From positions 19,778 through 83,777 of the forward strand of contig CAVSGI010000016.1 in NCBI GenBank assembly GCA_963727445.1: DNA of 64,000 nucleotides. Reading direction: 5' to 3'. The notes beneath the pieces are model-generated. The model saw only the letters and a program-made list of their open reading frames with translations. It was not told the DNA's origin and did no database searches. Numbering within the stretch: position 1 is the first letter of the stretch; each line of letters starts with the position of its first letter. Source of the DNA: an uncultured delta proteobacterium. GTDB taxonomy: Bacteria; Myxococcota_A; Polyangia; Polyangiales; B10-G4. The translations under genes and the position numbers were made by a program. Shown piece after piece: positions 11,566 through 22,199 of the stretch.

Positions 11566-14094
11566 TCAATTCCGCTCGAGAAGCCGCTGCTTTTCCCTGC
11601 AATAGTGGGTGTTGGCTGGATCGAGTGCACAGAGCTCGGAGTAGGCCTGGAAAGCCCGCACCGAGTTTCCCGTTCGTTCGGCCAACCGGGCGATCCTCTC
11701 CAAGACGTCTGGCTTTGGAGAGACATCGTTTGCTTCCTCCAAAGCGTGCAGGGCCCGAAAGTGGTTGCGCGCACTTTCCTCCAGCGAGGCCTGAAGCAAC
11801 AACGCCTGCGCGATGTAGTGGGGTGATCCGTCCGAGAGCTGGCGCAGCCGGGTGATGGTCGCGCGCATCCCTTCGAGGTCGTGAGCTCTCGTCTCGGCCC
11901 TGGCGCGCACGGCGAGGAGCGCTCGGCGCTCGCCCCGCGTCAGCGGCATCTCTTCTGCTTCCTCTGTGGCCGCGATGGCGGCTTCCGGGTCTCCCGCGCT
12001 GATGAGCAACTCCGCCATCCGGCGGCGGACCATGGGGTCCTCGGGGTGCTCCCTCACCAGGGCCCGCATCGCGGAGATGGCCCCCTCGCCGTCACCCTCG
12101 CTCAGCGCCCGCGCGGCCGCCCGAATCCGAGGTTGGAGAAGCTCCGGATGCTCCCGAATCAGCACCCGGTCGATCGCGGCTGTCGCCTCGTCGACCTCTT
12201 CGAGGCACTCACCCGCATCGAGGAGGAAGGATTGGCGATTGTCGCCCCGGGGCGCCGCGCGCAACACCGAGTCCGCGCTCATCCCTCGCTGCATCAGCTC
12301 GCATACGATGGGCTCCGTGCTCGCGGGGTCGAGGGATGCCGCGGCGCGGATCTCGAGGAGCGCCTGATCTCCGCGATGATGATCGAGCAGCCAGTACGCG
12401 GTTTCGACGTGAGGCGCAGCCCATCCCGGCGCCAGCTCCATGGCTCGGTTGAGCCATTTGAGCGCCTCGGGGCTGTCGCGAACGCGAGCCTCGTTTCCGG
12501 CCAGCAGAGGGAAGGCGGGCTCGGTCGGATGCAGCCGCACGGCTTCTTTCAGAAGGGAGGCGAACTCGGAGGAGTGGGAACGGGAGAGATGCACCAGGCG
12601 GTCTTGGAGCGACTGAGTGGAGAGGTGGGCGACGAATGCGCCCGGGTAGATGGCGAGGAGCACACACACAGCGCAGGCCATGCCGGTGACCCGCGGAACG
12701 GAAAACCGCCGGCTTTCGACCTGTTCATCTTCATTCGGATCAGGAGCGGTCAGCGCACCGAAAGCGGCCGCCGGCACGATCGCCACTCCGACCATTTCGA
12801 AGCTGAAGTCGACGAGGTTGTGCACCGTGAGTGCGAGTAGAGCCACCGCCACACCCAGGTCGAGCGCGCGCGTCGAGCGGAATGCCCGAAGCAGCGCGCG
12901 GCCCAAGAGCGCGATGAGGGCGAGGGCGACGACCAGACCCCAATCCGCCACCCACTGGGCGACGAAGTCCTCGGCGTGAGTGTAGCGTCCGAGTGTTCCC
13001 GCCTGGCTCACGAAGACGCTCGAGAGCGCGCCACGCCCGTAGCCCACCAGAGGTGCGTTGGCGGCGAAGGCCATCGCCTTGCCGACCAGGTCCAATTTGC
13101 TCGTGTCCTCGCGGCCAAGCTGTCCGAGGATCTGTGTGCCTGCCGCATAGCCACCCAAAGCGGCGCCGAACGCGAGCACGACGCCCAGCCCCAGCACGCT
13201 TCGAGCCACCCCGAGCTGTCCGCCCCGGCGCTTCCTTCGTTGGTAGAGGGCGATGGGGAGCAGGACGATGGCGCCGAGGAGCACGGCAATCGCACCTCGG
13301 GACAGGGACATGAGGGTCAAGCTCGCGACGAACGCTGCCGACACCCACCACCAAAGCCGCCTCCCACGGTCACGTTTGGAATCGAGGCCGATGACAAAGA
13401 GGATGGGCACCCCGAATGCCAGGAAGCCGCCGAGGTGATTGTCGTTGAGCAGCGGGGCGAGCAGGGCGGGGCGTGCAAACCGAGGCGAATACGTGCCGTA
13501 GACCTTCTCCATGCCCAGCACGAGGTGTAGGAACGTCACGCACGCAAGCACGAGGACGGCGACTGCACACGCCAGGTACACCTCTCTGCGTCTTCCGGCC
13601 GTCGCTGCCAACCACCCCGCCAACCACGCGGCGAGGATTGCGGCCCCGATGACCAGATAGGTTCGCGAGGCACCAGGGTCGAGACTGATGGTGCAGACCG
13701 CGGGCTCGTCGAGGAGCGAAGCCGCGGCGTCCGCAGCCTCCGCCGCTCGGGGGGAAATCGCCCGCACGAGCCTGCAGGGCAGTGGGGTGGATTGGATGAG
13801 GGTCCAAGCCAGCGGGCCGAAGAAGGCCAGGAAGAGCACGCCCACCTCGGCGTGATTGTCTCGGGCGAATGCCAGCGCACAGAGAAGGAGCGCGGAGACG
13901 GCGAGCGCCGCGACCACGCTCACCGACCAGGGAAAGGCGCCACCGAAGAGGAGCGGCCCGGCGGTCAGCGCAATCCCGAGGGCGACGATCGCGACTTCCG
14001 GGGGCACCTCGATTCGCTCGATGAGGCGGGGGACGTGCCGCTGCGGGGAGCGCCTTCGCCGTCGTCGCCGGCGCCTCGGTTCCTCACCATTCAC
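11566..14094 (-). CDS. O-antigen ligase-like (Wzy_C) membrane protein with C-terminal TPRs
   Basis: About 12 hydrophobic segments; NDNHLGG, SLSRGA, GYGRG, HAED, HNLVDFS motifs; helical TPR-like tail. Confidence 0.85.
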   Translation of the reverse strand: MNGEEPRRRRRRRRRSPQRHVPRLIERIEVPPEVAIVALGIALTAGPLLFGGAFPWSVSVVAALAVSALLLCALAFARDNHAEVGVLFLAFFGPLAWTLIQSTPLPCRLVRAISPRAAEAADAAASLLDEPAVCTISLDPGASRTYLVIGAAILAAWLAGWLAATAGRRREVYLACAVAVLVLACVTFLHLVLGMEKVYGTYSPRFARPALLAPLLNDNHLGGFLAFGVPILFVIGLDSKRDRGRRLWWWVSAAFVASLTLMSLSRGAIAVLLGAIVLLPIALYQRRKRRGGQLGVARSVLGLGVVLAFGAALGGYAAGTQILGQLGREDTSKLDLVGKAMAFAANAPLVGYGRGALSSVFVSQAGTLGRYTHAEDFVAQWVADWGLVVALALIALLGRALLRAFRSTRALDLGVAVALLALTVHNLVDFSFEMVGVAIVPAAAFGALTAPDPNEDEQVESRRFSVPRVTGMACAVCVLLAIYPGAFVAHLSTQSLQDRLVHLSRSHSSEFASLLKEAVRLHPTEPAFPLLAGNEARVRDSPEALKWLNRAMELAPGWAAPHVETAYWLLDHHRGDQALLEIRAAASLDPASTEPIVCELMQRGMSADSVLRAAPRGDNRQSFLLDAGECLEEVDEATAAIDRVLIREHPELLQPRIRAAARALSEGDGEGAISAMRALVREHPEDPMVRRRMAELLISAGDPEAAIAATEEAEEMPLTRGERRALLAVRARAETRAHDLEGMRATITRLRQLSDGSPHYIAQALLLQASLEESARNHFRALHALEEANDVSPKPDVLERIARLAERTGNSVRAFQAYSELCALDPANTHYCREKQRLLERN

Positions 14095-14106
14095 GCGAGC
14101 TGTTCG

Positions 14107-16070
14107 TCAGGCGGGAGAAGGGTCGGCCGACGATACGCTCGGACTTGGTCGGGGCGCCCGACGCGCGGGTTCCGGCTCGGACGACTGGACGGCGTCCGGC
14201 TGTCGATACTCTGGAATCGCGTCCGCCAGGGCGTGGCGAATGCCTTCCGAGTTCCGTGAATCCGACAGGGCCGCGAGTACCCGGACGTGTCGGGATGCTT
14301 CCTGCCATCCGTAGGAGCGCACGCGGCCGACGAAGATGTGCGGATGCCGCGTCTTGTCCGCGTGCTCGTCCTCGACCGAAAGCTCTTCGTAGAGCTTCTC
14401 GCCGGGCCGGATGCCGGTGAACTCGATCTCGATGTCCTGCGCCCGGCACGCAACCCGGAGAGCGAGATCAGGTCGTGCGCGAGGTCGACGATCTCTCACC
14501 GGCTCGCCCATGTCGAGAATGAAGATCTCGCCGCCGCGTCCCATCGAGCCCGCCTGAAGCACGAGCTGGCACGCCTCGGGAATCGTCATGAAGTAGCGCG
14601 TCATGTCGGGGTGGGTGACCGTCACCGGGCCACCGTCCGCGATCTGCTGCTTGAAGATGCGGGATCACGCTGCCGGTCGACCCGAGGACGTTGCCGAAGC
14701 GCACGGTGATGAAGCGCGTCTCGCTGCGCTCCGACAGCGCCTGGAGATACATCTCGGCGACGCGCTTCGTTGCGCCCATCACGCGAGGTGGGGTTCACCG
14801 CCTTGTCGGTCGAGATCATCACGAAGCGTCCGACGCCCAGCGTCGTCCGCCAGGTCGGCGACGGTCTTGCGTGCCGAAGACGTTGTTCTTGATCGCCTCG
14901 CCCGGCGTTGGCCTCCATCATCGGCACGTGCTTGTGCGCCGCCGCGTGGAAGACGACGCGGGGCTGGTGCTCGCGAAAGAGCCTCTCCATGCGTCCGGCG
15001 TCAGCAGATGTCGGCGATGGCCGGGCACGATGTCGACGTCCTCGGAGTTCCGCTCGAGCTCGCGATGGATTTCGAAGAGGTTGTTCTCCGCCCGCTCCAC
15101 CAGGAGGAGCCGCTCGAGGCCCGAAGCTGGCGAGCTGTCGGCAGAGCTCGCTGCCGATGCTGCCGCCGGCACCGGTGACCAGGGCGACCTTTCCACGGAC
15201 GATGTCTGAGATGGCACGGTCATCCAGCTTGACCGGCTCGCGGCGCAGCAGGTCTTCGATCGCGACCTCTCGGATCCGCGAGAGATTCACGTGGCCGCCC
15301 GACGATCTCGTAGAGGCCGGGGATGATCTTCACTGGGATGCCTGCTTTCGGCAGAGCTCTTTCACCCGCCGAATCGTCGTGCCGGGAGCGTTGGCAAAGG
15401 TGATCAGCGCCTGCGCGCCCCCGTCTCGACGGCCAGGCGCCCGATGTCGGCGCGGGCCCAGAACGGAGACGCCGTGAACCACGGTCCCGCTCTTCATCAG
15501 GTCGTCGTCCATGAACCCCACGGCTTCGATGCCCGAGGTCGGGACGGCTCTCGATCTCCTTGGCGACCATCACGCCGCCCTGGCCGGCGCCGATGAGGCA
15601 GCGTGGGGATCCGCTGGCTTCCCGGCTCGCGCAACCGGCTGCTCTGGTGTCGTTCCGCCATCGAGCGTCGGACCACGCGTACCCCCGACGATCCCGAGGA
15701 AGGCCGAGCGCGAAGTTCACCAGAAGGACGCCGATCGGCAGCGCGAGATAGCGCGCGTAGCCCCAGTCGGAAACGAGCGGACTCGCGACGAGCCGAAGCA
15801 CGAGCATCAGCCGCCGCGATCCCCAGGGCGAGGGCGATGCGCTTGGCTTCTCGAAGCCCGACGTACCGCCAGGCGAAGCTCGGCACGCCGAAGAGGCGCA
15901 GGAGGCCGTATTGGAAGATCACGACGTAGGGGGCGGCAAAGGCGGCGAGCTTGAACGCATGCGGAGGGAGCACTCCCTCGAAACGCACGAAGAAGGCGAG
16001 GGTGAATGCGAACGCCAGAATTCCCGAGATCGATGACGACCTGGAAAAATCTGAGAACGTACCTTCCCAT
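14107..16070 (-). CDS. PglF/CapD-type UDP-GlcNAc 4,6-dehydratase, many frameshifts
   Basis: Fragments: [81 protein letters not shown]. Confidence 0.9.
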
Positions 16071-16187
16071 CCCTCGCTGCTCTCCCCGTCGGGTTGCTGA
16101 CGTTGGTGTCCCCCGTTACCGGAAGCATTCACCCAGCGCTGCGCGAGCGTCGTAGTCCAGGGGGGGAAGAAGGGCAAACCGACGGGA

Positions 16188-17471
16188 TCATGGGAAAGTG
16201 ACGGGACTGGGGGTCGGATTGTCCCGACTGGTGGTCCCGAGGCCCAACTGCCCTCGATCGTTCTGCCCGAAACAATAGAGGATGCCGGCACCGTCCGCTG
16301 CGCAGGTATGCAGTGACCCGAGGGTGAGCATGGTGATACCCGTGAGCGGGACGATGACGGTTCCCGGGCCCTCATGGTCTCGCTCTGCCCGAGCTGACTG
16401 TAGAAGTCGTCACCCCAGCATTGGACGTCGCCCAGGTCGGTCAGCTGGCAGACATGTCTCTGGCCGACGTCGAGGCCCATCCCCGGTCCGGACATCCGCA
16501 CCGCCGTCGGGTTGACCCTGTCCGAAGTCACCGTGAGTCCCAGCCCCAGAGCGTTATTGTCGTTGGCCCCCCAGCACTGGATGAGCCGGTCGTCGCCGCG
16601 ACCACACGTGGTTTCCCACAACGTGGCGACCTCCAACCACGAGCTGGTGACGGGCGTCGGCGTCGAGCGGTCGGCACGATTTCCGACCCCGAGCTGTCCG
16701 CGATTGTTGCCGCCCCAACAGCTGAGCTCTCCGCCGCTCCGAAGGCCACAGGTGTGCACACGGCCGGCGATGACGTCGTTCCAATCGGTGTCCGGGCCCA
16801 GGAGCAGGGGCGTCGTGGTTCCGGGGCTGGCGACGCCCAGCTGCCCGCGCTCGTTGGCGCCCCAACAGAGCATCTGCCCATCCGAGGAAATGCCGCACGT
16901 GTGGTGGTCACCCGTGGCGACGCTTCGCCAGAGCCCGCTTCCCACGCGCACGGGGCTCGGGTGGTCAGCCATATCGCCGACGCCGAGGCGTCCGGTCGTG
17001 CCCTGACCGAAGCAGAAGAGCTCTCCGGTCTCTTTGATGGCGCAGACATGAAACGTCCCGACGGACACCTGTTCCCAATCGGAGTCCGTCCCGACCCGGG
17101 TTGGCGTCGCGCGATCCTCGAACACCCCGATCCCGAGAGCGCCATGCTCGGCTCCACGTCCCCAACAGAAGAGGCGACCCATGGAGTCGACAGCACAGGT
17201 CCGCCGCGGCCCGGCACCGAGGGCACGGAAGGAAGGAGGGGGGGCGGTATCGGCGACGTCCTCGGCCGTGTCTGGACGCGATGTGTCCAGTAGCGCGGAA
17301 TCGATGGTGTCCGCGCCGGAGTCGGGCAGGGCGGTGTTCCGTCGGGCTGGAATCCATCCCGGCATCTGGCAGCACGGTGGGTGCGATGGCGTGACTGTCG
17401 ACGCTGCAGGCGCACACGAGCACGCCGAGCATCGGCGCTGCCCGGCGCCAAACGTTCCCCGCCCGAAGCAT
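16188..17471 (-). CDS. RCC1-repeat beta-propeller lipoprotein (frameshifts near 17335 and 16365)
   Basis: About 7 copies of HTC...CWG.N..GQLG; N-terminal VCAC lipobox-like signal; the last repeat (LYCFGQNDRGQLG...VTFP-stop) is in a shifted frame. Confidence 0.82.
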
Positions 17472-17494
17472 GCCGGGAGTCTACATCTCCGCGA

Positions 17495-18441
17495 TCAGGC
17501 GCGCATCATCAATCGGTGGGTTTCGGCGAGACCGTCCTGCAACTTCGTCTCAGCGCGGAATCCCAGAACGTCGTGCGCATCGACGGTCGACGCCCTCGAG
17601 TGCAGCACATCGCCCGCGCGCGCCGGTTCGTGTTTCGGCGCGGGCGCGTCGCCGACCACCGCGGCGATCATGGTGGCGAGCTCTTTGATGGTCGTCGCAC
17701 CGCCGGCGCCGACGTTGAACGCCCGCCCACAGGCACTGGCCACAGCGGCGGCGGCTGCGATATTGGCTCGCACTGCGTCCTGGACATAGGTGAAGTCGCG
17801 ACTCTGTTCACCGGTTCCGTAGACCGTCGCCGCCTTGCCCGCGATCGCGGCCTCCATGAAACGGGGAATCACGGCGGCGTAAGGTCCGCTGGGATCCTGT
17901 CGCGGCCCGTAGACGTTGAAATACCGGAGTCCGACGAGCTCCATGCCGAAGCACGTACCGAACACGCCTGCCGTCTGCTCGTTCACGAGCTTCGAAAGCG
18001 CATAGGGCGAGAGAGGGCGGCCCTCCTCGCCTTCCACCTTGGGGAGGCGCTCACTGTCTCCGTAGACGCTCGAGGAGGACGCGTAGACCACGCGTCGGAC
18101 GCCTGCGTCCCTCGCCGCCGTGAACACATTGGTGGTTCCCCCCACGTTCACCGAGATCGTGGCGGAGGGGATCCTTCATCGAGCGCGGCACCGAGCCCAT
18201 GGCAGCCTGGTGAAAGACGAGCGTCACACCTCGGCATGCCCGCTCGCATGTTCTCGTGTCTCGGATGTCGCCCTCGACCAGATCCACTTCCGAGTGATGC
18301 GCGAGGTTGGCCCGCTTGCCCGTCGAGAAATCATCGAGGACGCGTACGGTCGCACCGGCATCGATTCAGAGCGTCGACCAGATGCGAGCCGATGAAGCCG
18401 GCGCCTCCGGTGACCAGGACGTGCTCCTTCGATAGGTCCAT
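17495..18441 (-). CDS. UDP-GlcNAc C4-epimerase-like SDR (WbpP-like), frameshifted
   Basis: VTGGAGFIGSHLVD, HQAAMGSVPRS, ASSSSVYGD, PLSPYALSK, RYFNVYGPRQDP, QSRDFTYV. Confidence 0.88.
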
Positions 18442-18518
18442 GAGCGCTAGGGCTTGTAGCGCACTTCGGACCCCGTGTCGCCAGAGTCGGTCAAAGCTCC
18501 TAGACTGTTGCTCGACCG

Positions 18519-19379
18519 ATGGGCCACGCGAACAAAGAGCCGCAGCTGGAAGTGCTGGCCGGCAACGTGGCCAAGCTCTACCACCTCGCCCTGCTCGAAG
18601 GCGCCCTGGATCGCGCTGGCATCACGTCGGTGCGTCTGAAGGGAAGCGCGTATCTAGGCACGCTCTATCCAGACCTGAGCCGCTGGATGGTGGACGTGGA
18701 TCTGCTCGTCCGAGAGGCTGATCTCGACGCGGCCGCGTGTGTGACACAGGAGCTCGGCTACCGCCTGTATCCGCCAGAGCCCGGCCGAACGCTCTCCTGG
18801 GAGCGGCACTACAATCGGATCTTCTTCGGTGTCCCCCCGCACCCTACCGTCGAGCTTCATACGGGCATCTGTTCCCGCGGAATGTTCGACGTCGACTACG
18901 GCGCGCTCTTCGAGCGTCGCGTGCGCCTGACCGCCAGCGGAGCCGGGTTCTGGGCGCTCAGCCCCGAGGACGCGCTCCTTCATCTCGCCGTTCACGTCGT
19001 CAAGGACGGCTACATGCACGACGAACGCCTCGGCGAGGACGCGCGGCGGATGATCGAGACGTGGCCCCCGCGCTGGGCCGTCCTCTGCGAGCGTGCGGAG
19101 CGTTGGGGGGTGACCTCGGGCCTTCACTATGTGCTGAGGCTGGCGCAGCGCCGGGGAGGGGTGGTTCCTGCGACGACCATGCACGCTCTCGAACCCATGT
19201 GGCCCGCCTCACTCTCTCGTACGCTCTTCGACCGAGCGGCTCCCTTACACACGCGATTTCCCAGGCTGACGAAGCTCGCAGCGCTGGGTCTGGAGCCGGA
19301 TGGCGGTACGCGGGTCGCGAAGTTTGCAGGCAACTACGCCGTGCGACGCGCACTCGAGGCGGTTCTGGCGCGTCTTTGA
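18519..19379 (+). CDS. Nucleotidyltransferase family protein (NTP_transf_5-like)
   Basis: LKG...LYP...R.MVDVDLLV, VELH, SPEDALLHLAVH. Confidence 0.75.
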   Translation: MGHANKEPQLEVLAGNVAKLYHLALLEGALDRAGITSVRLKGSAYLGTLYPDLSRWMVDVDLLVREADLDAAACVTQELGYRLYPPEPGRTLSWERHYNRIFFGVPPHPTVELHTGICSRGMFDVDYGALFERRVRLTASGAGFWALSPEDALLHLAVHVVKDGYMHDERLGEDARRMIETWPPRWAVLCERAERWGVTSGLHYVLRLAQRRGGVVPATTMHALEPMWPASLSRTLFDRAAPLHTRFPRLTKLAALGLEPDGGTRVAKFAGNYAVRRALEAVLARL

Positions 19380-19762
19380 ACGTTCCCGGTGCACAGGGCA
19401 TCCTAATTTAGAAGCAGGGGGCGTCCAGCTCGGTGCTATGGCCGAGGTGTGGGCTTCCTGGGGGCTGGTGACCGTGATGCCGATGGAGCGAAGCGCCTGC
19501 ATTGGGGCGCTCGGTGGTGAGTCGACTCCTTCTTGGCGTCGGCGTCGTGGTCGTCGGCGTCTCCTGTGCCAGCCCAGACGTCCAGGACGCATCACATGCA
19601 CGGATCGCCGAGGACACGGCGGTTCGGCTTCTCGACGTCGGCCCACCGAGGAGGCCGTAGTGGGCCGAGGGCGCAGGTCTCGAGCGACGTTCCCCTTTCT
19701 GGGAACGCTCCTTTTCCTGGTCGTGGCCGGAGGTTGTGGCGAAGGCGGGGGCGGTGTCCCGC

Positions 19763-22144
19763 ATGTTCGAACGAAGACGACCCTGCTGATCATCGCGCCG
19801 ATCCTGTCGATGGGGGCCTGTGGCGACGATGGGCCTACTTCGTCGGACGCGGAGGTAGACACCGGCGGGGCTGCCAGTTGCGACAATGGCGTACAGGACG
19901 GCGATGAGTCCGATGTCGACTGCGGCGGGTCATGCCCCCGCGTGCGGCGCGGGCTCCGTCTGTCGGGGAGATGAAGACTGCCTGCGGGCGCAGTGCGTCA
20001 CCGGCAGATGCGCGCCCAGCTCGTGTTCGGATGGTTCCTAAACGGCGCAGAGACCGACACGGACTGCGGTGGGCCTACTTGCGACGAATGCGTCGATGGC
20101 AGTCTTTGCACAGCGAGCTCAGACTGCCTGAGTCACGTATGTGACGGCGTCCGGTGCGCGGCAGCTACCTGCGATGACGGCGTTCAGAACCAGGCAGAGA
20201 GTGACATCGATTGCGGAGGGGGTTGCGGTGGATGTGGCGTCGGCGCCGCTTGTCTCGATGATGTCGATTGCGTCAGCGGGGCCTGCTACGCCGGAACGTG
20301 TGCACCCCCATGCGTCGTCGATGGCGTCCGCGGAGAGACCGAAACTGACGTCGACTGCGGTGGACCATCTTGCCCAGGGTGTGCGGTCGACTCGGTTTGC
20401 GTGGTTACTGAGGACTGCCAGACGGGTCTCTTCTGCTCGGATGCGACGTGCACAGTGCCGACTTGTCTCGATGGCGCACGCAATGGCGCCGAGTCCGATG
20501 TGGACTGTGGCGGCCCGCTGTGTCCCGCATGCGCCGATGGGATGCTGTGCAGTGACCCACGAGATTGCGAAAGCCGCGTCTGCACCGCGAGTGCGTGCGG
20601 GGCGACGCTCGGCTGCCACGATGCGGACGGCGACGGATATCGCGCGGGAACCACCTGCTCGGAGCCCGTCGATTGCAACGACCTGAGATCCCGCAGTGCA
20701 CCCTGGCGCTCTCGAGGTCGTCGGCGACGGGATCGACAACGACTGTGATGCTGCGACCTCGGACTATGATCTCTCGATTCCGCCCAACTGCTGCCTCGCT
20801 CTGTCGGTGAGCGAGGGGTTGGTCTTCGTCGATGACGATGGAGATGGGCTGAGTGAGGTCGAAGGCGATTGCGACGATTCCGATCCCGCGACAAATCCGG
20901 CAGCCAGTGAGGTCTTCGATGGCGTCGACAACGATTGCGACGGTTGGATGGACGACGGATTCGACGACGACTGTGACGGCCAACCGAACATCACAGACTG
21001 CGATCCGCTCGATCCGATGATCCACCCTGGTGCGATCGAGCTTCCCGACGATGGCATTGATCAGGATTGTGACGGTGTGGATTGGGTCCGCTCTGACGCA
21101 ACCGCCATCTTCGCATCACCCGAGGGTCGCGATGCAGCGGTCGGCACGATGGCCGATCCCATGCGGCTGCCGGAGGCCATCGCCTACGCAACCACTGTCT
21201 CGAAGCCCGTTGTTGCAAGGGCGGGTACGCACTCGATGGACGCAGGTCCGGTGGATCTCTCGGTTTCCCTCTTCGGCGGCTATGACGATTCATGGCTTCC
21301 TGGCGGAGAGAGCCACGCCATCGGAGCAGAAGGTCCCCGGCCACCGTGGACAATCTCCGGGACGGCGACCGTTGTGAGGGATTTCGTGTTTTACGCAACC
21401 GGTGAAGGAACGGTTGTCCACGTTCCGAGCGGAACCGTCCTGCTGATGGGCAATCGGATCCTTGTTCGGCACCTGAGTCTCGTCGGGTTCGGCGCGGCCC
21501 TCGTTCGTGGCGAGGCGTCAGCATCGGTTACGATGATCGACAACTTCGTGGAGGGTGCGCTCACGCATACGAGCAGCACCGGAACGTACTTGGAAGGGCC
21601 CTCGATACTCTTTTCGAATGACTTCAATGCCGCGACTGTGATCTCTCCCGACTACGACACCCTCCACGGCATCGGAAATGCGCTCTACGTGACTGGCCCG
21701 ACTTGCTTGGCACGGAACACTCTCGGGGGAGGGCTGGGTTTCGGCGGCACGCTCGTCGCCGTGGGCAACCGGATCACGGGTCGTTCGCTGAGCGGCGACC
21801 TCCCAGGCTCCGTAGCGACCGTCACGGGGACCGACGCCTGTCGACTCCGTTCAAACGACATCGGTGGCGCGAGCGTCAGTGTAGGACTGTATTCCGGCGA
21901 AGGAGGCATTGCCTCGGGCGTGTGGCTCAGAGGTGGGCCATCGCTCTTGGAGACGAACTCCATCGGCGCATCCGTTAACTCGAGCGCCGACGCGGCGACG
22001 AGTGAGACGCATGGCGTTCTCATCGAGGGATTTTCGAGTCTCCGATACAACACCATCGCCATTGGAACAGGCACCGGCACGCACGCTCACGTCACGGTTC
22101 GTCCCGGGGGTTGGGCGTACCTATTCGGAAACATCGAGCTGTAA
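19763..22144 (+). CDS. Cys-rich surface lipoprotein: E(T/S)DxDCGG repeats, MopE-like metal-binding repeats, C-terminal beta-helix-like region (frameshifted)
   Basis: MGAC lipobox; 5 ExDxDCGG repeats; 3 DC..D....PGA.E..DGIDNDCD repeats; three ORF fragments join. Start approximate. Confidence 0.72.
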
Positions 22145-22199
22145 TCGCCGGAGGGGCCGAGCTACGGCGACCTCCTCTGCGAGCCCCTGCCGGCCTAAA

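Noticed and set aside
15497..17365. RCC1 protein fused to the PglF membrane domain
   Set aside because: Produced by indels. The last RCC1 repeat ends in a stop at 16188 in another frame.
19300..19762. Arg-rich upstream ORF or small precursor peptide
   Set aside because: No recognisable motif, SD or leader pattern, so it cannot be supported.
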